Shown here: positions 56,624-64,000 of the stretch, in pieces
How positions within the stretch are numbered: the stretch's first letter is position 1
How the letters are laid out: every line of letters starts with the position of its first letter
Origin: a virus
Virus record (IMG/VR): IMGVR_UViG_3300035682_000004
Reading direction: 5' to 3' (one strand)
DNA: 64,000 bases
The notes under the pieces: generated by a model
What the model was told of the DNA's origin: nothing
Databases searched by the model: none
Seen by the model: the letters and a program-made list of their open reading frames with translations, nothing else
Translations under genes and position numbers: made by a program

Positions 56624-57718
56624 ATGATATATAAGCCACTTTACAAACGCGCCACAAATGGCAAAATCAATCAATGGACAATTGAAATTGATTCAAACAA
56701 ATTCAGAACAATAGCTGGTTATAATGATGGTGTTCAAACAACATCTGAATGGACAGTATGTGATGGAAAAAATATAGGTAAGAAAAATGAAACTACTCCT
56801 GAACGACAAGCAAAAGCTGAAGCTGATGCTTTATATCGTAAACGTAAGGAAGTAGGATTTTTTGATGATATAAAGGATTGTGACAAATCACTTTATTTTC
56901 AACCTATGTTAGCTAAAGATTGGAATGATGAAAAACATAAAATTAGTTATCCAATTTTTAGTCAGCCAAAACTTGATGGTATTAGATGTATTGTTAAAAG
57001 TGATGGTATGTGGTCTCGAAATGGTAAGCCAATCATATCAGCACCTCATATTTTTGAAGCATTAAAACCATTACTTGAAAATGATCCAACATTAATATTT
57101 GATGGTGAGTTATATGCTGATAAATTTGCTAATGATTTTAATAAAATTTGTTCTATAGTTAAAAAAACTAAACCAACAAGTAATGATTTAATTGATAGTA
57201 AAAATAATATTCAATATCATGTTTATGATTTACCTAGTCACAACGGTGTATTCACTAAACGTAATTCAACTTTAAAATCACTTAAATTACATAAATCAAT
57301 TGTAGTAGTAGAGACAGTACAAGTACATAACGAGAATGAAGTTATGACTGAGTATGATAGAGTAATGGATCAAGGTTATGAGGGTCAAATACTAAGAATT
57401 GATAATGAATATCAAAACAAACGTTCTAAGTATTTACTTAAACATAAAACGTTTGTAGATGAGGAATTTGTTATATTAGGTATTAATGAAGGTGAAGGTA
57501 ATAAATCAGGAATGATTGGATATGCTTTATTTGAAACTAAAGAAGGTAAACGATTTACTTCTAACTTTAAATATAGCTGGGACGAGTTAAAAGAAATGTG
57601 GTTGATCAAGGATCAATTAATAGGTAAAACAGCTACAATTAAATATTTTAACTTAACACCAGATGGTATTCCAAGATTTCCATATGTAATTAAAATTGAT
57701 AGAGAATCATATGAATAG
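56624..57718 (+). CDS. ATP-dependent DNA ligase
   Basis: PMLA, QPKLDGIR, SRNGK, DGELY, EGQILR, KRS..LLKHK, PRFP. Confidence 0.93.
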   Translation: MIYKPLYKRATNGKINQWTIEIDSNKFRTIAGYNDGVQTTSEWTVCDGKNIGKKNETTPERQAKAEADALYRKRKEVGFFDDIKDCDKSLYFQPMLAKDWNDEKHKISYPIFSQPKLDGIRCIVKSDGMWSRNGKPIISAPHIFEALKPLLENDPTLIFDGELYADKFANDFNKICSIVKKTKPTSNDLIDSKNNIQYHVYDLPSHNGVFTKRNSTLKSLKLHKSIVVVETVQVHNENEVMTEYDRVMDQGYEGQILRIDNEYQNKRSKYLLKHKTFVDEEFVILGINEGEGNKSGMIGYALFETKEGKRFTSNFKYSWDELKEMWLIKDQLIGKTATIKYFNLTPDGIPRFPYVIKIDRESYE

Positions 57719-57719
57719 G

Positions 57720-57751
57720 TTTGGCTCCCCAAATAAACTTTATTATATTTA
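57720..57751 (+). promoter_or_regulatory. Bacteroidota-type promoter
   Basis: TTTG-N20-TATATTTA. Confidence 0.78.
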
Positions 57752-57773
57752 AATATAAAGAAAAATAAGAGTT

Positions 57774-58151
57774 ATGGAAAGACAAATAGTATATAATGCG
57801 ATTGATTGTTTAGATTGTGGTGAAACAATAGTTTCATATCATAGACATGATTATAAAACATGTATGTGTAGAAATCAAGCAACAGTTGATGGTGGCACTG
57901 CTTATTTAAGATATGGAGCCGTTGATTTTAATAAAATACGATCAGTAGTAGTATTTGCTGATATGCCTCATTCAATAGTTAGGTTATATGCTACTAGAGG
58001 TGGTAGAGGTGAAGATGGAAAACAACCATTAACTTGGGTTCGTATTTGTGATATGAATGATGACTGGTTAGAAGCAGTATTAGATTATGGAGGTCCTGAG
58101 TGGCATTTAAATATAATTAAAAATGAAATTGAATATAGAAAAAATAAATAA
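57774..58151 (+). CDS. Zn-binding hypothetical protein
   Basis: CLDC..HRHDYKTCMC..VDGG..YLR. Confidence 0.7.
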   Translation: MERQIVYNAIDCLDCGETIVSYHRHDYKTCMCRNQATVDGGTAYLRYGAVDFNKIRSVVVFADMPHSIVRLYATRGGRGEDGKQPLTWVRICDMNDDWLEAVLDYGGPEWHLNIIKNEIEYRKNK

Positions 58152-58263
58152 GTTATGATAAAGTTATATAACAAATATAACCTTGAAATAAAAACAGTAA
58201 TTCAAATGCTTCTTATAGGAGTAATAGCATTAATATTAGAATATTTTAAAATAGTTAAATAAC

Positions 58264-58524
58264 ATGGCAATCAAACCTCAATCAATTAGAAGTGGAGTAG
58301 TAGTTTTATTTGATAATAAAATTGTTGATAAACAAACAGTTATAACAGCAAGTGAGACATGGTCTCTAAACCATGAAACATTATTTAGAAAACTATTACA
58401 ACAAGGTGGATCATTTAAAATTAATGGAATCAAAGTTGAGGTAATACCAGCTATGAAAGTATTAAATTCTAAAAATGAACCTGAAATGACAGTTCCAAAA
58501 ACAGACCCATTAGCTAGATTTTAA
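58264..58524 (+). CDS. Hypothetical protein
   Basis: 86 aa. Confidence 0.6.
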   Translation: MAIKPQSIRSGVVVLFDNKIVDKQTVITASETWSLNHETLFRKLLQQGGSFKINGIKVEVIPAMKVLNSKNEPEMTVPKTDPLARF

Positions 58525-58526
58525 AA

Positions 58527-58901
58527 ATGATAGGCGGAGTACAACAAAAAATTCTAGTACATCAGGACGAGAACGGTAATCTAAAAATGGATGATGAGAT
58601 GGGTAAACTATTATTTGGTGATCCTAATACTCATATGGAATATAAATTGGTTCGTGAACATGATGGATTAACACACCACGCTCATGAAATTGGATGGGTT
58701 GAATGGAATGAAAATGGTACATTTAAAGAAAAATATGATGAACCAACTATTGGTAGATCACTTATATTAGATCCACATCGAATGAGTTTTACTTGGTTAA
58801 CTACCTCAGTTACTGAAATTATAGAACAACAAGATAATTATATTAAATTTAACACACGTAATAGTGTATATGAGTTATTTAAACAAGATAATAAGTTATG
58901 A
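58527..58901 (+). CDS. Hypothetical protein
   Basis: IGRSLILD..FTWLTT..FNTRNSVYEL. Confidence 0.65.
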   Translation: MIGGVQQKILVHQDENGNLKMDDEMGKLLFGDPNTHMEYKLVREHDGLTHHAHEIGWVEWNENGTFKEKYDEPTIGRSLILDPHRMSFTWLTTSVTEIIEQQDNYIKFNTRNSVYELFKQDNKL

Positions 58902-59107
58902 CAAAGGAAGAATTTTTACAACAGGTAAGTGATTGGTATGATAATTCAGATAACCATTATGATGATTTTTTAATCAAGTTTGAAAAAGATAAAGATGAAC
59001 TTATTAATATACTATCTGTAGCAGGTAAACATACAGCTAGGTTATTTGAACCTAAAACCAAAGAAGAGTGGATGCAAGATATATTAACACCATTTAAAGC
59101 AAAATAA
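58898..59107 (+). CDS. Hypothetical protein
   Basis: 69 aa, coupled. Confidence 0.55.
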   Translation: MTKEEFLQQVSDWYDNSDNHYDDFLIKFEKDKDELINILSVAGKHTARLFEPKTKEEWMQDILTPFKAK

Positions 59108-59110
59108 GTT

Positions 59111-59551
59111 ATGAATATAGAAAATTTAAACACACAGGAATTAGAAACATTAAGAACATTGCTTAATAAAATGGCAGGACTTAATAAAATGGTAGTTGAA
59201 CCTAAACCAGTTAAGATTAATAAAACTGAAGCTATGATTTTTAATATCATACAAGAATTTGATTTTTTAAAAGTACAAACAGCAATGAATGTTTTAGATT
59301 GGAGATGGGTAGGCCAAGATGTTACTATTAATATGTTAAAAACAGAAGCAATTAGATTACTTAAAGACGCTGCTAAATTAAGATTAGGAAATTTAAGTGA
59401 TGAACATTGGGAATTAGGTATCACTTGTAGTACAGGTGGACTCCAAGCAACAGCATATTGTGATGAAGATAAAAATAAAATTACTAGTTTAGAGTTAAAA
59501 TTTATAGTGGAGGAATGGGATGTTGATTTAGAATATATAGATAATGAATAA
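59111..59551 (+). CDS. Hypothetical protein
   Basis: FDFLKVQTAMNVLDWRW..STGG. Confidence 0.65.
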   Translation: MNIENLNTQELETLRTLLNKMAGLNKMVVEPKPVKINKTEAMIFNIIQEFDFLKVQTAMNVLDWRWVGQDVTINMLKTEAIRLLKDAAKLRLGNLSDEHWELGITCSTGGLQATAYCDEDKNKITSLELKFIVEEWDVDLEYIDNE

Positions 59552-59554
59552 GTT

Positions 59555-59842
59555 ATGAAAAAACGATTTAGAATTATAAAAGAAGGATATGCTGATAAGT
59601 ATGGTGATGTAAATAAATTTCATTACTATATTAAAGAATATAAACCTATATTTTGGTTATTTTATTTAATACCATTACCTATTTCTCATGGTAAATGGGT
59701 AGATGATGGAAATAAACCTTGGACAAGTAGAATACGATTTAACACTTTTAAGGAGGCAGAATTATTTACTGAAATAGTTTTAGAAAAAAATAAACCTAGA
59801 TCAAAAGTTATAAGTACAATAGAAAAAGAAATATCGTGTTAA
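59555..59842 (+). CDS. Hypothetical protein
   Basis: 95 aa. Confidence 0.55.
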   Translation: MKKRFRIIKEGYADKYGDVNKFHYYIKEYKPIFWLFYLIPLPISHGKWVDDGNKPWTSRIRFNTFKEAELFTEIVLEKNKPRSKVISTIEKEISC

Positions 59843-60072
59843 AAAAAATATTAGTTATATTAATATTAATTATTACATATGGGTTTACACCTGCTCCTGA
59901 AAAATGTTCAGGTGTTGTAACTGTTAGTCTTGTTTATTCTTGGACTGATACTGCTTATCTATATGTTAAATTAGATAATGAAGGTGGTGAAAAAAAAGTA
60001 CGTTTTATTGGTAAGACAGTTCCCCAAATAAATGAAAGAATAACTTTTAATTGTAAACAAATAATAAATTAA
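59836..60072 (+). CDS. Small signal-peptide protein
   Basis: MLKKILVILILIITYG N-terminus. Confidence 0.5.
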   Translation: MLKKILVILILIITYGFTPAPEKCSGVVTVSLVYSWTDTAYLYVKLDNEGGEKKVRFIGKTVPQINERITFNCKQIIN

Positions 60073-60074
60073 AA

Positions 60075-60566
60075 ATGAAAATCTGGAGTGACATTAAATG
60101 GTTTTACAACCAAGTGAAACGTTCATTTGCCTACGCTAAATACGCTTGGGGAGGATATGATTGGGATTATAGTTATTCAATTGATATATTCCGATACAGC
60201 TTAGAACGTTTAGCTAATAAATTAGATTCAAATTCAGTATATGGCGTCAGTGCTAAAAGTAAAGCTATACGTTGTAGAATGATTGCTAAACTAATGGAAC
60301 GAGTTAATGAAGACTATTACGCTACAAGTTATATTGGAGTATTAGAAAGCATGTATGGTAAAGTGGAACTGGTGGTTGAAGATATAGGTGGTGGTAAGTA
60401 TGAGTATAAAGGTTTTAAATGGGAGAAAGCAATTGATGATAAACATAATGATGAAATCAATAAATTCAGTGATGAATTATATCAGTTAGGTATTGAAAAG
60501 CAAAAACGTGCTGAAGTATTACTTTGGAAATTAGTAGAACACAATATAAAATATTTTTGGGATTAA
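60075..60566 (+). CDS. Hypothetical protein
   Basis: YDWDY.. ending YFWD. Confidence 0.65.
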   Translation: MKIWSDIKWFYNQVKRSFAYAKYAWGGYDWDYSYSIDIFRYSLERLANKLDSNSVYGVSAKSKAIRCRMIAKLMERVNEDYYATSYIGVLESMYGKVELVVEDIGGGKYEYKGFKWEKAIDDKHNDEINKFSDELYQLGIEKQKRAEVLLWKLVEHNIKYFWD

Positions 60567-60586
60567 TATAAACCAAATATTAATTT

Positions 60587-60595
60587 ATATTTATA
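60587..60595 (+). promoter_or_regulatory. Putative late promoter ATATTTATA
   Basis: Upstream of 60610. Confidence 0.5.
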
Positions 60596-60609
60596 TTAAA
60601 AGATAAACC

Positions 60610-60954
60610 ATGAAACAATCAGAATTAAAACAAATCATTAAAGAAGAAATTAGTAAGGTTTTAAAAGAACAACCATCTAATATTGAACTAATAGGTCCGG
60701 ATATTGATGAATTATTAGATGCTATTAATTTTATTAATACTGGTCTTACTAAAACTAGTAAACCAAGACCGCATTCATTTGGAAAAAATACACTTAAAGC
60801 ATTAGATAATGATGGTCACCCAACAGACAATGGAAACTTTTCAATTAGTGTTGAAGTTGAACCTAAAGTATCTAATAAAAATTTATATATTGAACAAGTT
60901 AATGATTTATTAGATGATCATGGATTTGAATGTAAGTTATATGTAATTAAATAA
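60610..60954 (+). CDS. Putative internal virion protein with IKE/LKE leader
   Basis: MKQSELKQIIKEEISKVLKE N-terminus. Confidence 0.55.
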   Translation: MKQSELKQIIKEEISKVLKEQPSNIELIGPDIDELLDAINFINTGLTKTSKPRPHSFGKNTLKALDNDGHPTDNGNFSISVEVEPKVSNKNLYIEQVNDLLDDHGFECKLYVIK

Positions 60955-60961
60955 ATTAATT

Positions 60962-61171
60962 ATGAAAATAGATTATGATAATCCAATATTAATTTGTGTA
61001 GACAAAATATTTAATGGTGTGACTGATGATGGTATTGAATTTGATATACAAGCTTACTATACTGAAGAGGATAGATGGCAAGTGGAAAAAATTACATTCA
61101 CTAATAAAACACCAAATCAAAAATTACTCAAACAACAAATAATTAATACATTTTTAGAAGATATAAACTAA
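60962..61171 (+). CDS. Hypothetical protein
   Basis: 69 aa. Confidence 0.55.
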   Translation: MKIDYDNPILICVDKIFNGVTDDGIEFDIQAYYTEEDRWQVEKITFTNKTPNQKLLKQQIINTFLEDIN

Positions 61172-61172
61172 C

Positions 61173-61748
61173 ATGTGGGAACAAAGTAAAAGCACAAAAC
61201 GTAGATTTAATGATGGTCATTTTCATAACAAATATTTTGTTGGTCATGGAATTGATATTGGTGCTGGTCCTGATACATTAGGTAGATACAAACATGTGTT
61301 TAAACAAATGACTCAAGTTGATAGGTGGGATTTAGAACATGGTGACGCTCAATATATGGCTTCAGCCCCTGATAACACTTATGATTTTGTAGTGTCAAGT
61401 CATTGTTTTGAACATATGGTTGATCCATATATCGCCTTAGAAAATTGGATTAGAATAACTAAGCCAGGAGGTTATTTAGTAATAACATTACCTGAAGAAT
61501 TCTTATATGAACGAGGTGTTTGGCCAAGTGTAAGTAATCCAGACCATAAATTTAGTTTTTCAATTCATAAAACTAAACACAACATGCCTCAACCTGTATC
61601 AATAATGGAGTTATTATTAACATTTGATAATATAAATGTTAGAAAATTAGAGTTAATTGATGATGTGTTTGATGTTAATGACCCAAATGACCAAACTATG
61701 TTTATTATTTGTGAAAGTGCTATTGAAATGATATTACAAAAAGTATAA
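61173..61748 (+). CDS. Class I SAM-dependent methyltransferase
   Basis: GIDIGAG, GDAQ, YDFVVSSHCFEH, TKPGGYL. Confidence 0.85.
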   Translation: MWEQSKSTKRRFNDGHFHNKYFVGHGIDIGAGPDTLGRYKHVFKQMTQVDRWDLEHGDAQYMASAPDNTYDFVVSSHCFEHMVDPYIALENWIRITKPGGYLVITLPEEFLYERGVWPSVSNPDHKFSFSIHKTKHNMPQPVSIMELLLTFDNINVRKLELIDDVFDVNDPNDQTMFIICESAIEMILQKV

Positions 61749-61755
61749 CCATCTG

Positions 61756-61787
61756 TTTGGCTTTTAGCTAAATTGATATTATATTTA
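61756..61787 (+). promoter_or_regulatory. Bacteroidota-type promoter
   Basis: TTTG-N20-TATATTTA. Confidence 0.78.
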
Positions 61788-61792
61788 AGTAT

Positions 61793-62110
61793 ATGGAAAA
61801 AAAAGGTTTTACAGAAAAAATGCGATTTGATTTTGACACAACTAAATCTTGTGAAATCAAAATTAAAACAGGTATATGGTGCCGAGCAACACCTAACGAA
61901 TTTAGAAGTTGGAAAGGTGAACGTCGAATTGTTAGATGGGTTAAAAATGAAGAAATCATAGAACAATATGATGGTCCTGTATATTATATGGGTTCAAATA
62001 AATTAGACAAATCAGAGTCTAAAGTTGGATATGCTTTCTTACATGAAATGGATCCTAGAGCACAATATAGTAAACAACGAGAAACAGAACATTTTACCAT
62101 TAAAAAATAA
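61793..62110 (+). CDS. Hypothetical protein
   Basis: W.R.TPNEFRSW.GERRI..YDGPVY. Confidence 0.65.
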   Translation: MEKKGFTEKMRFDFDTTKSCEIKIKTGIWCRATPNEFRSWKGERRIVRWVKNEEIIEQYDGPVYYMGSNKLDKSESKVGYAFLHEMDPRAQYSKQRETEHFTIKK

Positions 62111-62111
62111 G

Positions 62112-62143
62112 TTTGGCTATTAGCTAAATAGATGTTATATTTA
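62112..62143 (+). promoter_or_regulatory. Bacteroidota-type promoter
   Basis: TTTG-N20-TATATTTA. Confidence 0.78.
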
Positions 62144-62163
62144 AGTATAAAGAAAATAAGAAC

Positions 62164-62331
62164 ATGATAACAGACGTAATTAAAAGACAAACACAACCTG
62201 AATTGGAGAATGAGATTGAAGTGTATTTTTCTAAATACCCAACTCATGATTATGGTACAAAAGTATTAGATGTTGTTTATGATGAACAAGATGAAGTATG
62301 GGCGGCATTTTTAGGTAGAAATGACTATTAG
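62164..62331 (+). CDS. 55-aa hypothetical protein (not in ORF track)
   Basis: Follows promoter and A-rich leader; MITDVIKRQTQPELENEIE.. Confidence 0.6.
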   Translation: MITDVIKRQTQPELENEIEVYFSKYPTHDYGTKVLDVVYDEQDEVWAAFLGRNDY

Positions 62332-62456
62332 TATATTAATATTAGCTTTAATTTTTGGACCTATTATAGTAACAGAGACATTAATATTAATAGTTAGAAT
62401 AGCTGAATACTTACAAAATTTAAGTAAAAAGAAATAAAAAATGGATAGTTATTATT

Positions 62457-62693
62457 ATGGCAATACTAGTATCAATTTTAATCTCATTATCAATAGGATT
62501 TGTAATGGGCTTCTTTTATCATTTAAATATTCAAAATGGTATTAACAAACAGTACACTAGTACAGTTAGGAAAACTATTAATACTTATTTAAACGATTGT
62601 GATAGGTCAGGACATAATAAGTATATCTTAACTAAAGCTAAAGCTGAGATATTAACAGCAAACATAATATCAGCACTTAATAAATTAAAGTGA
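62457..62693 (+). CDS. Single-TM protein
   Basis: N-terminal hydrophobic helix. Confidence 0.55.
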   Translation: MAILVSILISLSIGFVMGFFYHLNIQNGINKQYTSTVRKTINTYLNDCDRSGHNKYILTKAKAEILTANIISALNKLK

Positions 62694-62709
62694 ATATAAA
62701 ATAAAGGTT

Positions 62710-63069
62710 ATGAAAAAATTAGTTTTAATTCTATTACTATTACCTACATTAGGTAAAGCTCAAACAACTATGGTTTGGGAATCTAAAATCAACAACATAT
62801 GTTATCATATTGAATTGGAATGTATACCTAAAAAAAGTGGTGGTGTGTTTCAATTTACAATTAGTGATCCATCAATAGGTGAAGAAATTGATTATTGGGT
62901 TACAGGTGTGTGGGAACCAAAAAATGATAGTTTATATAAATGTTCAGTTATTGATGGACAACATAAAAAAGAATTTCCTAATCTATTCTTAATTAAACAA
63001 GGTAAATCATTTCAATATAAAGGTAAATATATTGAATGGAAAGAAAATAGAACCACAACACAACAATAA
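62710..63069 (+). CDS. Signal-peptide-bearing protein
   Basis: MKKLVLILLLLPTLGKA-Q, with Gln after the predicted cleavage site as is common in Bacteroidota. Confidence 0.6.
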   Translation: MKKLVLILLLLPTLGKAQTTMVWESKINNICYHIELECIPKKSGGVFQFTISDPSIGEEIDYWVTGVWEPKNDSLYKCSVIDGQHKKEFPNLFLIKQGKSFQYKGKYIEWKENRTTTQQ

Positions 63070-63074
63070 AATAT

Positions 63075-63296
63075 ATGATAGTATTCACAATTATTTTCAT
63101 TACATTACCAATATTATTAAACGGAGTAATGGCTAGTTTATATAATACATTTTTCCCAATATCAACTAAACGAATTAAATACATTTTAATGATACCACCA
63201 TTAGCTATACTATTATGGTTGGCGATGTCAATTGTATTATTATTTATGTCAATACAAAGAGGTTTAGAAACATACTTTAAAGAAGGCGATGAATAA
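63075..63296 (+). CDS. Two-TM membrane protein
   Basis: Two hydrophobic segments. Confidence 0.55.
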   Translation: MIVFTIIFITLPILLNGVMASLYNTFFPISTKRIKYILMIPPLAILLWLAMSIVLLFMSIQRGLETYFKEGDE

Positions 63297-63930
63297 AACA
63301 ATGAAACAAATATCAGATAGTGTAGATTGTGATAAATCAACTTATCATAATTATACAGATATCTACCCTATATTTCTAGAACAATTTAGAGATACTGAAT
63401 TTAATTTATTTGAGATTGGTATTGACCAAGGTAAATCATTTGAATTATGGAAAACATATTTTCCATTAGCTAAAATATATGGTATGGACATTGGTAAGTC
63501 ATTTATTGATGAACGTGGTGAAGTATTTCAAGGCGATCAAAGTAGTAAAAATGATTTAACTAATATGATTGATAATATAGGTAAATGTAAAGTAATAATT
63601 GATGATGGTAGTCATGTTGTTACTCATCAAATTGATACATTTGTTTATTTATTTGAACATATGTTAGAAGATAATGGTGTGTTTATTATTGAAGACATTG
63701 AATGTAGTTATTGGAAAGCAGATGCTACAATATATGGTTATCCAACAGGTCATTTAAATATAGTAGATTATTTTACTAAATATAATCATGAAGTTAATCA
63801 TCATTATAATAAAGGCATTAACTCATTAAATATTAAAACAATTACATATGGTGCTAATTGTATTATCATAACTAAAGGTAATGATAATGATAAAGTATAT
63901 AGAGAATATAAACATAATGATTTAATATGA
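63289..63930 (+). CDS. Class I SAM-dependent methyltransferase (sugar O-methyltransferase-like)
   Basis: DK..HNY..Y, LFEIGI, GMDI, GDQS, IIDDGSH, IIEDI. Confidence 0.82.
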   Translation: MNKTMKQISDSVDCDKSTYHNYTDIYPIFLEQFRDTEFNLFEIGIDQGKSFELWKTYFPLAKIYGMDIGKSFIDERGEVFQGDQSSKNDLTNMIDNIGKCKVIIDDGSHVVTHQIDTFVYLFEHMLEDNGVFIIEDIECSYWKADATIYGYPTGHLNIVDYFTKYNHEVNHHYNKGINSLNIKTITYGANCIIITKGNDNDKVYREYKHNDLI

Positions 63931-64000
63931 GTAACGAATCAAAACAAACATCAGTAGAGCAATTGATGTGGAAATTATGGGACACACCAAAGGATAAATT
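63927..64000 (+). CDS. Hypothetical protein (3'-truncated)
   Basis: MSNESKQTSVEQL.. runs off the window. Confidence 0.5.
   Translation, partial: MSNESKQTSVEQLMWKLWDTPKDK

Noticed and set aside
55571-62166. CRISPR-like array from recurring GTTTGGCT units
   Set aside because: Units are degenerate, hundreds of bp apart and separated by genes; they are promoters. The Cas4-like gene has no cas neighbours.
1064-63340. All minus-strand ORFs in the track (e.g. 14473, 36717, 58957, 61589, 62993)
   Set aside because: Antisense shadows of well-supported + strand genes, with no recognisable motifs.
1-64000. Stop-codon reassignment
   Set aside because: Long conserved genes are intact in the standard code, and TAG/TGA end genes at sensible places.

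Overview
A 64-kb internal segment of a large, very AT-rich contractile-tailed (myovirus-like) dsDNA phage with a T4-like replisome. Every credible gene is on the + strand and reads in the standard code. Order: tail module (sheath, tube, chaperone pair with a probable +1/-2 frameshift, tape measure, baseplate, hub with GH19 lysozyme domain); replication/recombination genes (short divergent family-A polymerase, SSB, RecA/UvsX, 5'-3' exonuclease, helicase); class II RNR; vWA-peptidase plus MoxR-type AAA pair; a 7-deazaguanine DNA-modification cluster (DpdA/TGT-like, queC, queD, queE, folE, with embedded hpt, thioredoxins and dUTPase); family-B polymerase, clamp, GroES/GroEL, clamp loader; a ~9-kb glycosylation island including glf; then small accessory genes, DNA ligase and methyltransferases. 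About 21 copies of a (T/C)TTG-N19/20-TAnnTTTA-like promoter resemble the Bacteroidota housekeeping consensus and point to a Bacteroidota host. A second motif, ATATTTAT(A), precedes structural genes and scattered putative virion-cargo genes, and in three cases sits inside a hairpin that would block translation of read-through mRNA. Most interesting: (1) the deazaguanine cluster, whose enzymes have lost or rewired canonical metal ligands and lie next to a PolB with altered base-pair-pocket residues; (2) a late-promoter/hairpin-lock/(I,L)xE-leader design for dispersed cargo genes; (3) the Galf/GT90/STELLO-like glycan island, possibly acting on SGS-rich virion proteins. All family calls come from motif recognition by eye; no searches were run.
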